Source: Octopus vulgaris (taxonomy: Eukaryota). From it: a stretch of 64,000 nucleotides of DNA. Positions within the stretch are counted from its first letter, which is position 1. Each line of letters opens with the position of its first letter. Below are positions 1-12,935 of the stretch, piece by piece. Location: contig OX597832.1 in NCBI GenBank assembly GCA_951406725.2, forward strand, positions 6,572,001-6,636,000, in the 5' to 3' direction. A model generated the notes under the pieces. It was not told the origin of the DNA. It was given only the letters and a program-made list of their open reading frames with translations, and made no database searches. The position numbers were made by a program, and so were the translations under genes.

Positions 1-97
1 AACATCGGTAGCATGAAGAGGAGAGGCTGGTATGCATGGGTGACTGCTGATCTTCCATAAGTCCCTTGGAGGGTACTTTCTATGACATAATGTAAAC

Positions 98-429
98 CAG
101 CGATTCTCGACCATTTTTTTCTATGGACCCCCTTTGATTACTATTTTAGTTTGGTGGACCTCCATTACCATTAAATGTTTAAAAACTAGTTTTGTAGATA
201 CTTCTTTTGAAAATTCCTATTTTGTTTTCTATGCATTAACTTGTGTAGGTTGAATTATGTAAAATGTTTGAGAAAGAAACCTACCTGTTTCTTGCAATAC
301 AAACCAATACATACATCTGAAGCAATATTTTTTCAGGGACCCTTAAAATACTATTGTGGATACCTAATTTACTATTTTGTTGAATGGACCCCCCAAAAAT
401 CTTATATGGACCTCAGTTGAGAACCACTG
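98..429. mobile_element. hAT (Charlie/Buster-type) non-autonomous MITE
   Basis: TIRs CAGCGATTCTCGAC / GTTGAGAACCACTG; 8-bp TSD atgtaaac (90-97) vs atgtaaaa (430-437) with central TA; internal GGACCCC subterminal motifs. Confidence 0.8.
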
Positions 430-480
430 ATGTAAAATATGTAGTAGATATATAACAGTGAATTTAGTTAATTTCTCTGT

Positions 481-601
481 AGATTGAAAAGATACTCATC
501 AGCCTTAATTGATTTTCAAACCTTATCAGATTCTCATCAGAGGTGTCGACATTGAATTTGGTTTGAAAATCGATTTAGGCTGATGAGTATATTTTCAATC
601 C
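481..601. repeat. Foldback element, ~42-bp arms, hammerhead-bearing (Penelope-like pLTR remnant)
   Basis: agattgaaaagatactcatcagccttaattgattttcaaacc (481-522) vs ggtttgaaaatcgatttaggctgatgagtatattttcaatcc (560-601). Confidence 0.8.
503..543 (-). ncRNA. Minimal type I hammerhead ribozyme candidate
   Basis: Minus strand: CCU-CUGAUGA-GAAUC(UGAUAA)GGUUU-GAA-AAUCAAUU-A-AGG. Stem I CCU/AGG, stem II with wobbles, stem III palindromic in the other arm (AATCGATT), UUA cleavage triplet. Confidence 0.65.
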
Positions 602-619
602 TAGTTGTTCCCCACCATC

Positions 620-711
620 ATTTGACAATCAGCATTGATCTGTTTACAGCTCTTTCACTTAGCTGTTCCGTGTAGGAGACTGATAGAATAAGTACCAGGC
701 TTTAGCAAAAA

Positions 712-742
<31 letters not shown>

Positions 743-830
743 TAGTAAGTACTGGGATTAATTCAATCAAAACTCTTCAAGGTGGTGTCCCATCATAGCT
801 GCAATCCAGTGCCTGAGACATGTTAAAAAA
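620..830 (+). mobile_element. SINE family A, 3' part
   Basis: ttgacaa...gatagaataagtaccaggctt...ctggg...cttcaaggtggtg matches the 3' half of the copies at 10950 and 59158. Confidence 0.65.
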
Positions 831-1228
831 AAAAGAACCAATTGTCATTGGCCTTTAAGAGAGTTGGATATTTTCTGATATAGCAAAATAAACTTAGGAA
901 GAAAGAAAAAAAAAAGAGTAAAAAACCATCAGTAAAATAGAGAGACTACTCAATTACACTCTATCAGAGAGAGCTGCCTTGTCTGTCTTCTCTTCATTGC
1001 TTACTGGTTGAATACCCATGGCTGAATCTTTTGTCTCTGAATGAGATTATTATTAAATGCTCAAATGCCAGCCAAGAAAAGAGCATCAACAACAAATACT
1101 TTTTGTGTTTTTTACAAGTTCTCAAACTTAGATTGTTCAAATATGAAATTGTGACTGTGTAAGTTTCACTAGTACTAGACTTGAAATGAGATTTTACACA
1201 TACACGCATGTGTGGGTATGTAGGTATG

Positions 1229-1260
<32 letters not shown>

Positions 1261-1265
<5 letters not shown>

Positions 1266-1354
1266 ATTAAGGCTACCATTGGCTTCATGTTAGGATAAAT
1301 TTCTTGATATTTTGATAATTTTTTACATGAAACCAATGGTAACCTTAATACACA
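1261..1354. repeat. Foldback element (30-bp arms) next to a (TA)/(TG) microsatellite
   Basis: tgtgtattaaggctaccattggcttcatgt / acatgaaaccaatggtaaccttaatacaca; the arm contains GAAAC-CAATG-GTA, a hammerhead-like 3' half. Confidence 0.75.
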
Positions 1355-1532
1355 GATAAAGAAATTCTATCCACCAATGCAATGTTGAGCACCCATTCTT
1401 TTTGTTTGACATTTACACACACACACATTCTATATATCTTATACCTTTCTGAATTTCAAACTTCTAATTCTGCCAAATATTATCTCCCTTGTATTATCTG
1501 TTTGCTGGGGACCACCATTTGTGGATGTCATA

Positions 1533-1820
1533 ATCATCATTTAATGTTTTTCCTGCTGGCATGGGTTAAATGGTCTGATAAAAGCTGGCATGCCAGAGAG
1601 CTGCAGCAGGTTCCGATTGTCTGTTTTGGCATGGTTTCTATGGTTGGATGCTCTTCCTAATGCCAGCCACTTTACAAAATGTACTGGGTGCTTTTTATGT
1701 GGCAACCGCACAGGAGTTTATTATGTGATATCTGCACAGGCACTTTTTACCTGGCACCAGCATGGATGCCTTTTATATGTGACCAGCATGGGTGCTTTTT
1801 ACCTGGCACCAGCACCCGTG
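1533..1820 (-). mobile_element. RTE-type LINE 3' tail fragment
   Basis: atcatcatttaatg...gcatgggtt...ggatgctcttcctaatgcca...gggtgctttt, same family as 5352 and 39623. Confidence 0.6.
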
Positions 1821-2650
1821 TTTTACACACACACACACACACACGCGTGCGCGCACAGACAAAATGTTTGAGTTCTTTTGAGTTTAAAATAAACTGAAAA
1901 ATGTGTATGTAAAAGTGAGCTAGAATCTGTGATATGGTTTTGTATAGAGAGATGGTATAAGAGTAATTATCTAACACAATGAAAGAGGAGAAAATTGTGT
2001 GGGTGTAATGTCACTTAAGTTGATTCACTGTTACTTGTTCGTTCTTTCACTCATCCTCTGGCTATGTCACTCACTCACTCACCCACTATCTGTCTATCTA
2101 GCTCTCTTTGTATACATTCATTTTAATATATACTTAAGTGGATCTAAATTACTATTGAAATAATGAGAAATTGACAATCTTTATTCAAGTATCAGCTTTT
2201 TAAATATGTTGTTGTAATGAAGCTTGTCAATTTCACTTTATTGCCTGATTCATTTAATACAATAGCATATGTACTTGTTTGAATGTGTGTATGTGTGTAC
2301 CATTTCTACAGATCTAACATAGAAAGGACGACATGGGTTTTGTATATAGAGATAATGCTAGCGTGTTTTATTATAAACTTTTTATAAAACATCCTACATA
2401 AACAAAAAAAAGTTTTATAGTTTTATTTATTTATCAAGGTTAAGTTATCATTTCACTTATGTACTTTACAAAAGTTATTCCTTAAATTGTTTCAAATTAA
2501 TGTTATGGGCAAGTATTTTAAAAATATTTATTCATTGTACTGTTTCACATGATGAAGAAAGTATTTCAAATATAGTAAAGTGGTGCTAGTAAACAAAGAA
2601 TATTTTTATTAATTAGTGGTCAGATGCAACAAAGAATTTTTTTATTAATT

Positions 2651-2686
2651 AGTTGTCACAGTACCCCAAGTGGTACTGTGACAACT
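2651..2686. repeat. Perfect 15-bp hairpin beside a ~36-bp tandem duplication
   Basis: agttgtcacagtacc-ccaagt-ggtactgtgacaact; preceded by two near-copies of aacaaagaa...tttattaattagt (2592-2660). Confidence 0.85.
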
Positions 2687-4574
2687 TGGGGCATCTTTTG
2701 CTTTAATTACCTCATCAATGAAGCCTTGTCTGACCATTGCTGTAAGAATGACTAGAGAAGATATTGTTTGTTTTTTGTGAATGAACATTGAGTGAGGTAA
2801 TGGTTGGAATTTTTAGATATTTTAATTATGTATTTTTAAAGCACATTTTAGTTATCATTTTGTGAAACATCAGTTCACTTTAGTTTATAAAATTTTGATT
2901 GGAATGTAAATATATAAACCTCTGTCATTTGCCCAGCATTGATTTACTGTTTTCTTTTCTTCCATTTTTGTCCTCCAGCTCAAACGCAAAAAAATAATTA
3001 AAAAAATCATGTAACATTGTAGTATTTGTTCTAACCTCATTTTCACCAAGGAATTGTGTTTTCAGACTTCTATTGTGTTGTTTCATTTATTAAATCTTTA
3101 AAATCCTTTGTGAAATTTATGGTCATTTTCAATCACATCATGCCAAAAACAGCAGTTAAATGTTGTCAGGTTTAATATGGATACTGGTGTTAGCTAGGGT
3201 GTAGAATAGGATCATGCAAGAACAGTAACTGCAACAGTTCTGGAAACAAGTAGGTCTCCAGAAAACCTTCCTTTTCACTTCAAGGAACTACTTTAAAAAA
3301 AAACAACTTTGTTTTAAAATGTCTATTATAAAACAGTATGTAGCTGGTTTGAGAGTATTGTAATGCAATTTTCTCTGATAGTCAACAGTATGTGGAGTGT
3401 TTAATTATAGGCAAAGAGAATTACTTGCATGCACTAAACTCTGACACAGGAAAATAGTCTTTATGGAGATGTATAATCAAGGCTTTTGGATATTTGTTTT
3501 GTCAGAAATATACATGTGATTATTACAGAAATATTTCTGTTGTTATAATAAAAAAAATCAAATTCAGAATGTCAATTTTTAAAGATGGAAGAAGACTAAA
3601 AAATTTTATGAATAAATAAATAACTACTGAAATATGAGTAAAACTGTATGTTTATTGCCATTACATATAATAAATGAAATTGAAGATCTACTAACAGCTG
3701 CTAATGTATTAGTAATATATTTAGTATTACCAGAGTCTCATTATAACTGATGATATCTTTTATATGTGTGTGGGAATATTATAATTCAGAGAGAAAATGA
3801 GATAGCTTCTTACAGAAGTGAATTACATTGTGGAACCCTGTTGACTTGTCATGTGTATATATGTACACAGACATATGTGTGCATGTGCATTTACACTCAC
3901 ACACACACATGCATGCATGTGTGTGCACATATAAACAAACTTCAGACAACTTTTGGTTGTTGCTCAACTTTGAAATGATTCTTGTAACCTTCTGTCATTT
4001 GTAACACTAGAAATTCCAAGCTTGGAAAATATTTTAACTATATAATTTTATATCTTCATTTATTTAATATTTTCCATAAGTGTAATATACATAAAGCTCC
4101 TAACCATTACTACCAGTTTAGAGAAGTAAACTGAAGTCTGTTATTGCTTTTTTTAATGTTATAAACTGTTAAAGGTTAAATTTAAATAGAATGTCTATGT
4201 AGATGGAAAATGCTATTTCCATGGAGAGGAGTTTCATAATCCATTAGATCATTGGAGTGTTACTGAAGCCTCCCCATTTATATAACATCTTCAGAGGAAA
4301 TCAGCCTCTAGGAACTTATGTCTTCAAACAATATTTTTAGCTGAACACTCACTGTTGCCTACTAAAAGACTTTTTCTTCAGTAGTAAGTTTTACTCAAGT
4401 ATGGTACCTATTTAAAGTCATTTGAAAACTAACATGACCAACAACACACTGCAACACTACTTAAACAAACTGCTGCCATTTGGCTGTCATTTATCCTTTT
4501 GACTTTACCATCTGAGACATTTATATTGTGAATATGTCAGTGACAAAATCAGAATGTAATTCGAAAGTATTTAT

Positions 4575-4970
4575 TCTTTTATTCTTTTACTTGTTTCAAT
4601 CATTTGATTGCAGCCATGCTGCAGCACTGCCCCAAAAGGTTTAGTCAAAGAAATCGATCCCAGAACTTATTTTTTTAAGCCTGGTACTTATTCTATCATT
4701 CTCTTTTGCCAAACTGCTAAGCTATGGGGTCGTAAACACACCAACACCAGTTGTCAAGCAGTGTTGAGGGGACAAACACAGACACAAAGATATATACACA
4801 CAGATATATACATATATATGATGGGCTTCTTTCAGTTTCCGTCTACCAAATCTACTTACACAGTTTTGGTTGGCCTGAGGTTATAGTAGAAGACATTTGC
4901 CCAAGGTGTTACACAGTGGGACTGAACCCAGAACCTTGTGGTAGGGAAGCAAGCTTCTTATCACACAGCT
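4575..4970 (-). mobile_element. tRNA-derived SINE family A (CORE-like), near full length
   Basis: Reverse complement of the 10950/59158 copies: cttttacttgtttca...cttctttcagtttccgtctaccaaa...gggactgaaccc. Confidence 0.85.
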
Positions 4971-5351
4971 ACAGAAAAGAAAAAAAGTATATTTTTAATG
5001 GTGGTAGCTCTTATGATTATGAAATGTAGTAAAGATAAAAGGTGTGTATTCAGAATGTAGAATTCCTCGACGGAATTTTCTAAAAGCTTTGCTAAAAAAA
5101 AAAAATCCAGTATCAGTGATTGTCTTAAATTCCTGAACTAAAGATGTTTTTTCTTTCATTGCTGACTCAGTGTAATGACTGTAGAGGTTTAAGACTTTGA
5201 GTCAGATTTTAGAAGGAAGTGCAAGCCACTTAAGTCAGGAGGAAAGGATTGTACCCATGACTTCCACATACCCTCCAAGACTAGTGAGACACTATATAGG
5301 TAGAGAGAGACACATGTATTAGATAGGCTTAGCTGTAGGTGAATTTGTCGT

Positions 5352-5850
5352 ATCATCATCCTCATTTAACGTCCGCTTTCCATGCTAGCATGGGTTGGAC
5401 GGTTCAACTGGGGTCTGGGGAGCCCGAAAGCTGCACCAGTCCAGTCAGATCTGGCAGTGTTTCTACAGCTGGATGCCCTTCCTAACGCCAACAACTCCGA
5501 GAGTGTAGTGGGTGATTTTATGTGCCACCGACACAGGTGCCAGACGAGGCTGGCAAACGGCCACGCTCGGATGGTGTTTTTTTATGTGCCACCGACACAG
5601 GTGCCAGACGAGGCTGGCAGACGGCCACGCTCGGATGGTGTTTTTATGTGCCACCGACACAGGTGCCAGATGAGGCTGGCAAACGGCCACGATCGGATGG
5701 TGTTTGTTACGTGCCCACAGCACGGAGGCCAGTCGATGCGGTACTGGCTACGGCCACATTCGGATGGTTTTCTTGTGTGCCACGTGCCACCAGCACTGGT
5801 ACCACAAAGATACAAATTCCATTGATGTTCATCTATTTTGATTTGTTTTG
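5352..5850 (-). mobile_element. RTE-type LINE 3' UTR with internal ~63-bp tandem repeats and (ATG)n tail
   Basis: catcatc...tttaacgtccgctttccatgctagcatggg tail; 3-4 copies of tatgtgccaccgacacaggtgccagacgaggctggc... at ~5519, 5583, 5645. Confidence 0.75.
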
Positions 5851-5979
5851 ATTTGATTGATTTTGATATAAAAGTTACAATGGTAGATAAGTCACGTCCC
5901 TTCTGTGTATGTAATATTTTGACTTTGGCCTTTGACTTGTACACAAGTCATATGTCACTTTTGTGAATACCGTTTACAG

Positions 5980-6400
5980 AGCGACCTGCTATGCTTACCT
6001 TGGATTGTAGGGCGATCTGCTGTGCTTGAGGAGACCTATTGAGTCAAGTACATCAACATCAACATCAAAATAAAAATCGAATTGAAATTGTAGTTGTTTT
6101 ACCCATGCCGGTGGCACGTAAAAAGCACCATCCAAACGTGGCCAATGCCAGCGCCACCTTGACTGGCTTCAGTGCCAGTGGCACATAAAAAGCACCAACC
6201 GATCATGGCCGTTGCCAGCCTTGTCTGGCCCCTGTGCCGGTGGCACATAAAAACCACCCACTACATTCACAAAGTGGTTGGTGTTAGGAAGGGTATCCAG
6301 CTATAGAAACACTGCCAGATCTGACTGAAGCCTGGTACAGCCTCCTGGCTTCCCAGACCCCAGTCGAACCGTCCAACCCATGCTAGCATGGAAAACAGAC
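5980..6400 (+). mobile_element. RTE-type LINE 3' UTR, opposite orientation to 5352-5850
   Basis: ctgtgcttgaggagacc (also seen after the RT remnant at ~40855) through gttaggaagggtatccagc...cccatgctagcatggaaaacagac. Confidence 0.75.
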
Positions 6401-6897
6401 TTGCAATTAGTTGCATGACAGCAATAAAAACATTTAGCTGAGGTAATCTAAATCTCCTTGAAACATAGATCATTGCAGTTGTTCCTGTGATTTCTGCATG
6501 AAACAAACAGACCAACCACTGCTTTTAAATTGTCACACCTGATAGACTGACTTGCAATATCTTAGAGCGGTAAGCTTTCATCCAGCTGATAGAGAAGTTA
6601 TTTTGTACAAAACTATCAAAATGAAATAAACATTTACAAAATATATTTTAATGATCTTCATTAAAAAAAAAAATCGTTTATAATATCCACACAGTTGTTT
6701 CTTGAGATTATAGAATTATTGGAGAGAGTTAATCATCATTACCAGATCACTGATATAACACTAGCTGGGGCATGACAATTTTGAGTAAAATTATGTTTAC
6801 TTGTAATCATGGATAGCTATAATATTTTTGTTGTAATAGCCTCTAGTCATGTAGATGTCGACAACTCCCCCCACACATAATTCACATATGCGTGTGT

Positions 6898-6936
<39 letters not shown>

Positions 6937-8814
6937 GCTGTTATACAATTTCTCATATCATTTAGCACATTTTGCTTTTGGCATTTTCTTGGGCTTCTGT
7001 CAGTCAGTCCCTCACTATTTCTGCTGGCACATATAACTCTTTCTCATCACTATGGCTTCCATGCCCTTCAGCATATTCAGTAACTCACAATTTAAAACCA
7101 ACCTTTTTATTCTTTTAGTGCTTTCTGTTTGATTATTTTTAAGAGGGTTGACATTTTTTACTTTTAGAATTGAATGAATTTTTTTTTTAATGCTTTTACA
7201 AGCAAATCTATACATAAACAGGCAGGAAATTTGGACAGCCTTGCATATCATAGCATTTGTTTTGTAGCACAGTTGAATTCTGCCGAAGCAGTTGTGTTTG
7301 TTTCTTATTTACAAAACCTGTATTCATATAAACAGAGTAGTGACATCAATAACCTGCTCTACCTGCTCAGTCATTTTTTTGTGGACATGTGTGGTCATTA
7401 GTGCATGCTGCGAAATTCAAAACTAGAGCAAGATTCAGTAGATAAGCTGTGTGATTTTTTCTCACTTAGTTTTTCTAAGTAAAACATCTATGACTTATGT
7501 ACATATACACACAGTAGATCTGAGAGTCAGAGCTTATTGTTATAGCAGAAGAAAAAGCTATGTGAAGAAGCAATGTGCCTGTGGATTAAAGGCTGAAGTG
7601 TATTGATCAATATTTATCAATCAGCCATGTGCTTTTGTGGTGGATGTAGGAACAATATTCCATTATTACTATGTTTCAGTTAGAATCTTGTCAACTGTCC
7701 TAGTATTTCAGAAATGTAGTTTTGTCTCTGGTATATATATATATATATAGAAATATGTGAGGTTAAGAAGCTTGCTTCTCAACCACTTAGTTTCATATTC
7801 AATTCTGTTTTATGGCACCCTGGGTAATTGTCTTCTGCTACAGCCCTAAGCTGACCAAAACCTTGCAAGTGGATATAGTAAACAGAAACTGAGAGAAGCC
7901 TATCATGTGTATGTATGTGTGTGTACAAATGTAAATGTTGATATCCTACAGCATTGTATTCTACTGTTTGTATGAAATATCTTTGATATGACATGTTGGT
8001 CCCTGCTTTCAAAGATCTGTAGGATAAAAAAAAATAGGCAAGGCTTGATAGTGAGAAGATTACCACCCATAAAATTGGACTTTGTGTGACCTGTTCTGAT
8101 ATGGAATGAATGATTAATTTTATTTGCTGCTAATCACTTTAGCACAAGTTTTGAAAGCTGCACTAGTCTAACTTGTAAACTATATTTTCAGTTGACAATG
8201 AATAATCAGGATTGTTTGAAGAACATAATTAAGATAAGTTTGTTTTCTCAAGTGTATACATTCACTGCAGTGGAAAAGTAAAAGTCCTTTTAAAGGTCAA
8301 AGAGCTTTTATTTTAATTTTATTCCCTTAACTAATAATGTGTGGGCAAGCAGAAACGTGAAGAAATTGCTTAAATGTGATCATTTTACTTAGTTGTTGTT
8401 TTCTCTCCTTGAGATCAGGGAGAATCCTTAGGAAGAAAGCAGAAATACTTAGTTCTCTCTTCTAAGATATCAGGGAAAATTGTTATGAAGGAAGCAAAAC
8501 TACTTAGTTTATCTGTTGAAACCATTGTACTTAGAACACCATTGTTTATATATAAAATATATATTTTTAAAATAACATTCTTTAAGGATATATACACATT
8601 AGTGTGTACATATGCACAAGCATCTGTTTTTGAGAACTGATTTCTTTTTAGAAGAATTATGCCTTTTTTTTTTCTTGGTTGGGAATTTGCGCTCATAGAC
8701 TAGTTTCAAGTACTTGGTCATATGTTATATTAGAAGAGGTGTCATTCATTCAAATTTTCATAATTTTGAACAATCATTCAATGGAATTTACAAAGAACAA
8801 TATGTATATCTTTA

Positions 8815-9060
8815 TCATCATTTAATATCCATTTCTCCATGCTTACATGGGTTGGACAGAGTTTATTTGAGGTAGATTTTCTACACCTAGATGCCCTTCC
8901 TGTCACCAACCCTCACCTGTTTCTAAGTAAGGTAATATTTTTGTATGGCTAGACACGATTTTGCGGATTATTGAAAATGACTAACACTACTTGTGTAACA
9001 GGACACTCATTTACAAATACCACACAGTATCAAGACAAGGAGGTAACCTCCCCCATCACA
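8815..9060 (-). mobile_element. SINE family B 3' part (RTE-like tail)
   Basis: atcatcatttaatatcc...catggg...gatgcccttcctgtcaccaaccctcacctgtt...gtaaggtaatattt; similar copies at 19240, 25645, 36817, 57830. Confidence 0.6.
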
Positions 9061-10949
9061 CACGCAACATCTAGTTACAGAGAAATATAATATCTACTAT
9101 CCATTCCAAGAGGGAAAGGTTAAGGACACTATTATTAATGTAACAGAAAAGGTTGTAAATTGAGTTAGTACTGTCACTTAGTATAGTTTTCATGCTTGGT
9201 ACTAGTTGATATAATGATTTGCAAAAACACTGAATGTATAAATAAAACTTATTTAATTAGGTAACACATGCATCGTAGGCCAAGGCTTCTCTCATGTTGG
9301 CATTGTTATGTATATGAAACTAGCTTTAACTGAGCAGAACTTCAACATGGAAGTCAGTGAAATAAACCCCCAACACACAAAATACAATCAGTCTTTCTAA
9401 ACTCATATAAGTATGCTGTTTATATGGAATAAGGAATACTCCTGTCATAGTTTGATTTGAACAGTAAGGTATTTTGCAAATATGTTGCTAACACTAAATT
9501 CAAAATATGGTTTTAGAAAACTGAATTCTGAAAGAGGCTTACTTAATCTTCCATTGAAATTTTTGCTGGTGTTCTGCATCCAGTCTATGTTATGTAATTG
9601 GTAGTAAGAAGGGCATCCAGCCATAAAAGCAGTGCCAAACATATGATATACACAACAAAGATTACTAGGTTTCTCTGTTGCCCTGCAGACTAAACAGCAA
9701 AGGACTTCAACAAACAGCAAAACACTGTGAGACTCGTTCAACTCATGCTAGTATTTAAAAAAAAGTAGACATAAAAGATGATTTTTTGTGTTTGTGTGTG
9801 TGTGTGTATATATGTGTGTGTGTTTCTTAACTGCAGCTCCTGGAACTCTGAACAGTTTTCTTTTCAATTGCAAACTTGCTTACACAGAAAAGTGTAAGAA
9901 GTTAATGTGTAGGCTGGGAGCAATTTAGTTCAGTTTCCCATGTGCTACTATTTTCAGTATCATTAATATTAGCTTTGAATTCTATTGTGCTGCCTCTATG
10001 TAACATTTACTAAACTAATTATAATATAGTTAAGTTGATAGACTCCCCCAATCTGTTCCTTCATATAGCTTCATCTCTTTAATGGGCAAACATGGCAGAG
10101 TGGTAATTTAAACATAAACAACACAACACAAAAGCTATAACTCAGAAATGATGAGTTATCTTCTATGTAGTCACTTCACCTACTAGAAATAGCAGTCAAA
10201 TCTAAGCTTCACCCTACTACCTAAAGAAGATATGATCAGTCATAGCCAACCTTGAACAAAATAACAACAGTGATGGTCATAACTGAAATGCTTTTGGTCA
10301 TAGATATGCTTGACCTGAGACTAAACAGCACTTGTAAATTCTTTTGTTAAATAATAAAGTTAGATGAGGGTATGAAATATGTGTACAAGAAAATTGTCTA
10401 TTGTTGCTGTATTAATTCTCTTGACACACAGTTTGAACTGTGCCTGAGTTTTGATCAATTTATAATTACATTACAGCATCACTCTACACATCTCAGTTCT
10501 GTATTATCACACCTGTGATGCTGAATATTAACCAGGGTTTTAAAAAATGATTCATAAGAGAGTGAAAATAATAAAAAGATTGTGGGTAGTATAAGAGAAA
10601 GTATAGCTTAGCTGTGTCTTTGTTTTATACTAAAGCTGAGAATAGATTTCTGAATACTAATTGGATGGAAATAATAAAATGTTGGGATTAATTCATGGAA
10701 GTAGTTGCTATTTAAGGTTTCTTAAAACATTATGTTCATGAAAAGTTTGTGAAAGCGCTGATTTTCTAATTTTTTTAACTATTTCTTCCAACTGCATGTG
10801 TGTGTGTGTTTTCTAGAGAAAGATAGGGAAAACAGTTGATAGACTGGAATATTTTCAAACTGAAAATTATAAACTTTTCCTGAGCCCTTAAAAAAGATGT
10901 TCAATATATCTTTCTTACATTAGGGCTAACTCTTTAGCAATTAAACCTG

Positions 10950-11342
10950 TCAGGAGTGGCTGTGTGGTAAGTAGCTTGCTAACCAACCACATGGTTCCGG
11001 GTTCAGTCCCACTACGTGGCATCTTGGGCAAGTGTCTTCTGCTATAGCCCCGGGCCGACCAATGCCTTGTGAGTGGATTTGGTAGACGGAAACTGAAAGA
11101 AGCCCGTCGTATATATGTATATATATATGCGTGTGTGTGTTTGTGTGTCTGTGTTTGTCCCTCTAGCATTGCTGGACAACCGATGCGGGTGTGTTTACGT
11201 CCCCGTCACTTAGCGGTTCGGCAAAAGAGGCCGATAGAATAAGTATTGGGCTTACAAAGAATAAGTCCCGGGGTCGATTTGCTCGACTAAAGGCAGTGCT
11301 CCAGCATGGCCGCAGTCAAATGACTGAAACAAGTAAAAGAAA
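10950..11342 (+). mobile_element. tRNA-derived SINE family A, full length
   Basis: A-box-like gtggctgtgtggta, B-box-like ggttcagtccc, CORE-like cttgggcaagtg, central microsatellite, tail gactgaaacaagtaaaaga. Confidence 0.9.
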
Positions 11343-12514
11343 AAAAATATCCAGCCTCTATTAGATAATGTGTGAATAAGTCAACACAATGTAAATAAAT
11401 GAGCATTACTTTTGACAAAGTCATCTGAATGCAAAAGAGTTAAACATTAACATCTTTTTGGTCTGTTGCTCACCTACCCATTAAACTGTAAATCTCTCTA
11501 GCTAATTAAAGAAGCACTATATAGTCACTTGCTTGGAATAACTGCCAAATCTCACTCAAAGCACAGTCTACCATCTTAAATTCAAGAAGGATGAGGTAGA
11601 TAATGTAGCATAACATAGCATTAAAAAACATGATTTACCAGTTAAGTAGAAATACAGTTGGAATACATTTAATAAGTCTACTTGATCAGAGTTGACCTGG
11701 GATTAAACATTATCTCTATTTTTTTTTTTTTTAAGTGAAATTATATAATATAATAATGAAATTATTGTCTACAGTGCTCAGGTGCACCACAACTTGTCAG
11801 AAAGTGCATATAAAGTATATGCAGTAATGTACAAATGGAGATGTGTAATACATAAAAGAAAATAGATTCTCCAAGTTATTATCTTGTTGAAAAAAAATTT
11901 ACTAATTCTTCTGATTTTAATTTTGTGAGTAAACCATTTGTTTCTTTGTTCTTAGACTTTCCATTAAGTTTTAACGGAAGAAACAGATTTATGAATGAGA
12001 ATCTTTACTCAAGTAATAAAAATCATTTCTGAAATACCATCATGTTAGCGGTTCTTAAAATGCCAGATATGTTTTCAAGCTAAAGTTGAGCTGAAAATTA
12101 GCAAAAAACAAAAACAAAAAAAAAATATTAAGAAAAAATACTGTTAATGCTGCAATATTTTCTTAGTCAACACAAGTTTTTAACAGTATTCTCATTTTGC
12201 TATACTGGGAAAGAATATTTAATGGGCCTTAACTGGTAAATTTTATTTAATACATCCTTTACCCAAGAAAGAGAGGCAATTTTGGAAAATATTTAGATTC
12301 TCAAGTTGATATGACACCCTCCCAGAATTCTTTAAAAATGCCTTAAATTCTTAATTTTTCAAGTATAGTCTAGGATAATTATTATGGTTTATTATTGTAG
12401 TAATCATTTATTTAAAATGTGATGAAAATGGTTTCAGTAAAATGAGAAACAGTACTGTAAGGATAATTGTTTTTGTGTGAAGTAGAGATTTCTCTATCTG
12501 TTTAATAATTCAGT

Positions 12515-12935
12515 AGGTGCAGGCGTGACTGTGTAGTAAATTTGCTTACCAACCACATGGTTCTGGGTTCAGTCCCGCTGTGTGGCACCTTGGGCAAGTG
12601 TTTTCAACTATAACCCTGGGATGACCAAAGCCTTGTGAATGGACTTGGTAAATGGAAACTGAAGGAAGCCCATTGTGTGTGTATGGGGTGGGGTGAATAT
12701 ATGTATGTATATATGTGTATGTTTGTGTCTCATCATGACATTATGTGATACTTGTAAATGAGTGTTACTGTCATGCCAGTAGTGTCATTCATTTCCATTA
12801 TTGCAAGAACATGTCTTCCTTGGAAACAGGGGAAGGCTGGTGACAGGAAGGGCATCCGGTTGTAGAGAATCTTCCTCAAATAATGTCCACTTTTTCATAC
12901 TTGCATGGATCAGATGGAGTTTAAATAATGATGAT
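12515..12935 (+). mobile_element. SINE family B: family-A head and core with RTE-like 3' tail
   Basis: Head aggtgcaggcgtgactgtgtagta...ggttcagtccc, then tgacaggaagggcatcc...gcatgga...atgatgatg. Confidence 0.7.

Noticed and set aside
5382-5944. Overlapping repetitive ORFs and a CRISPR-like periodic appearance
   Set aside because: Whole ~63-bp units repeat with no unique spacers, in a LINE 3' UTR in eukaryotic context.
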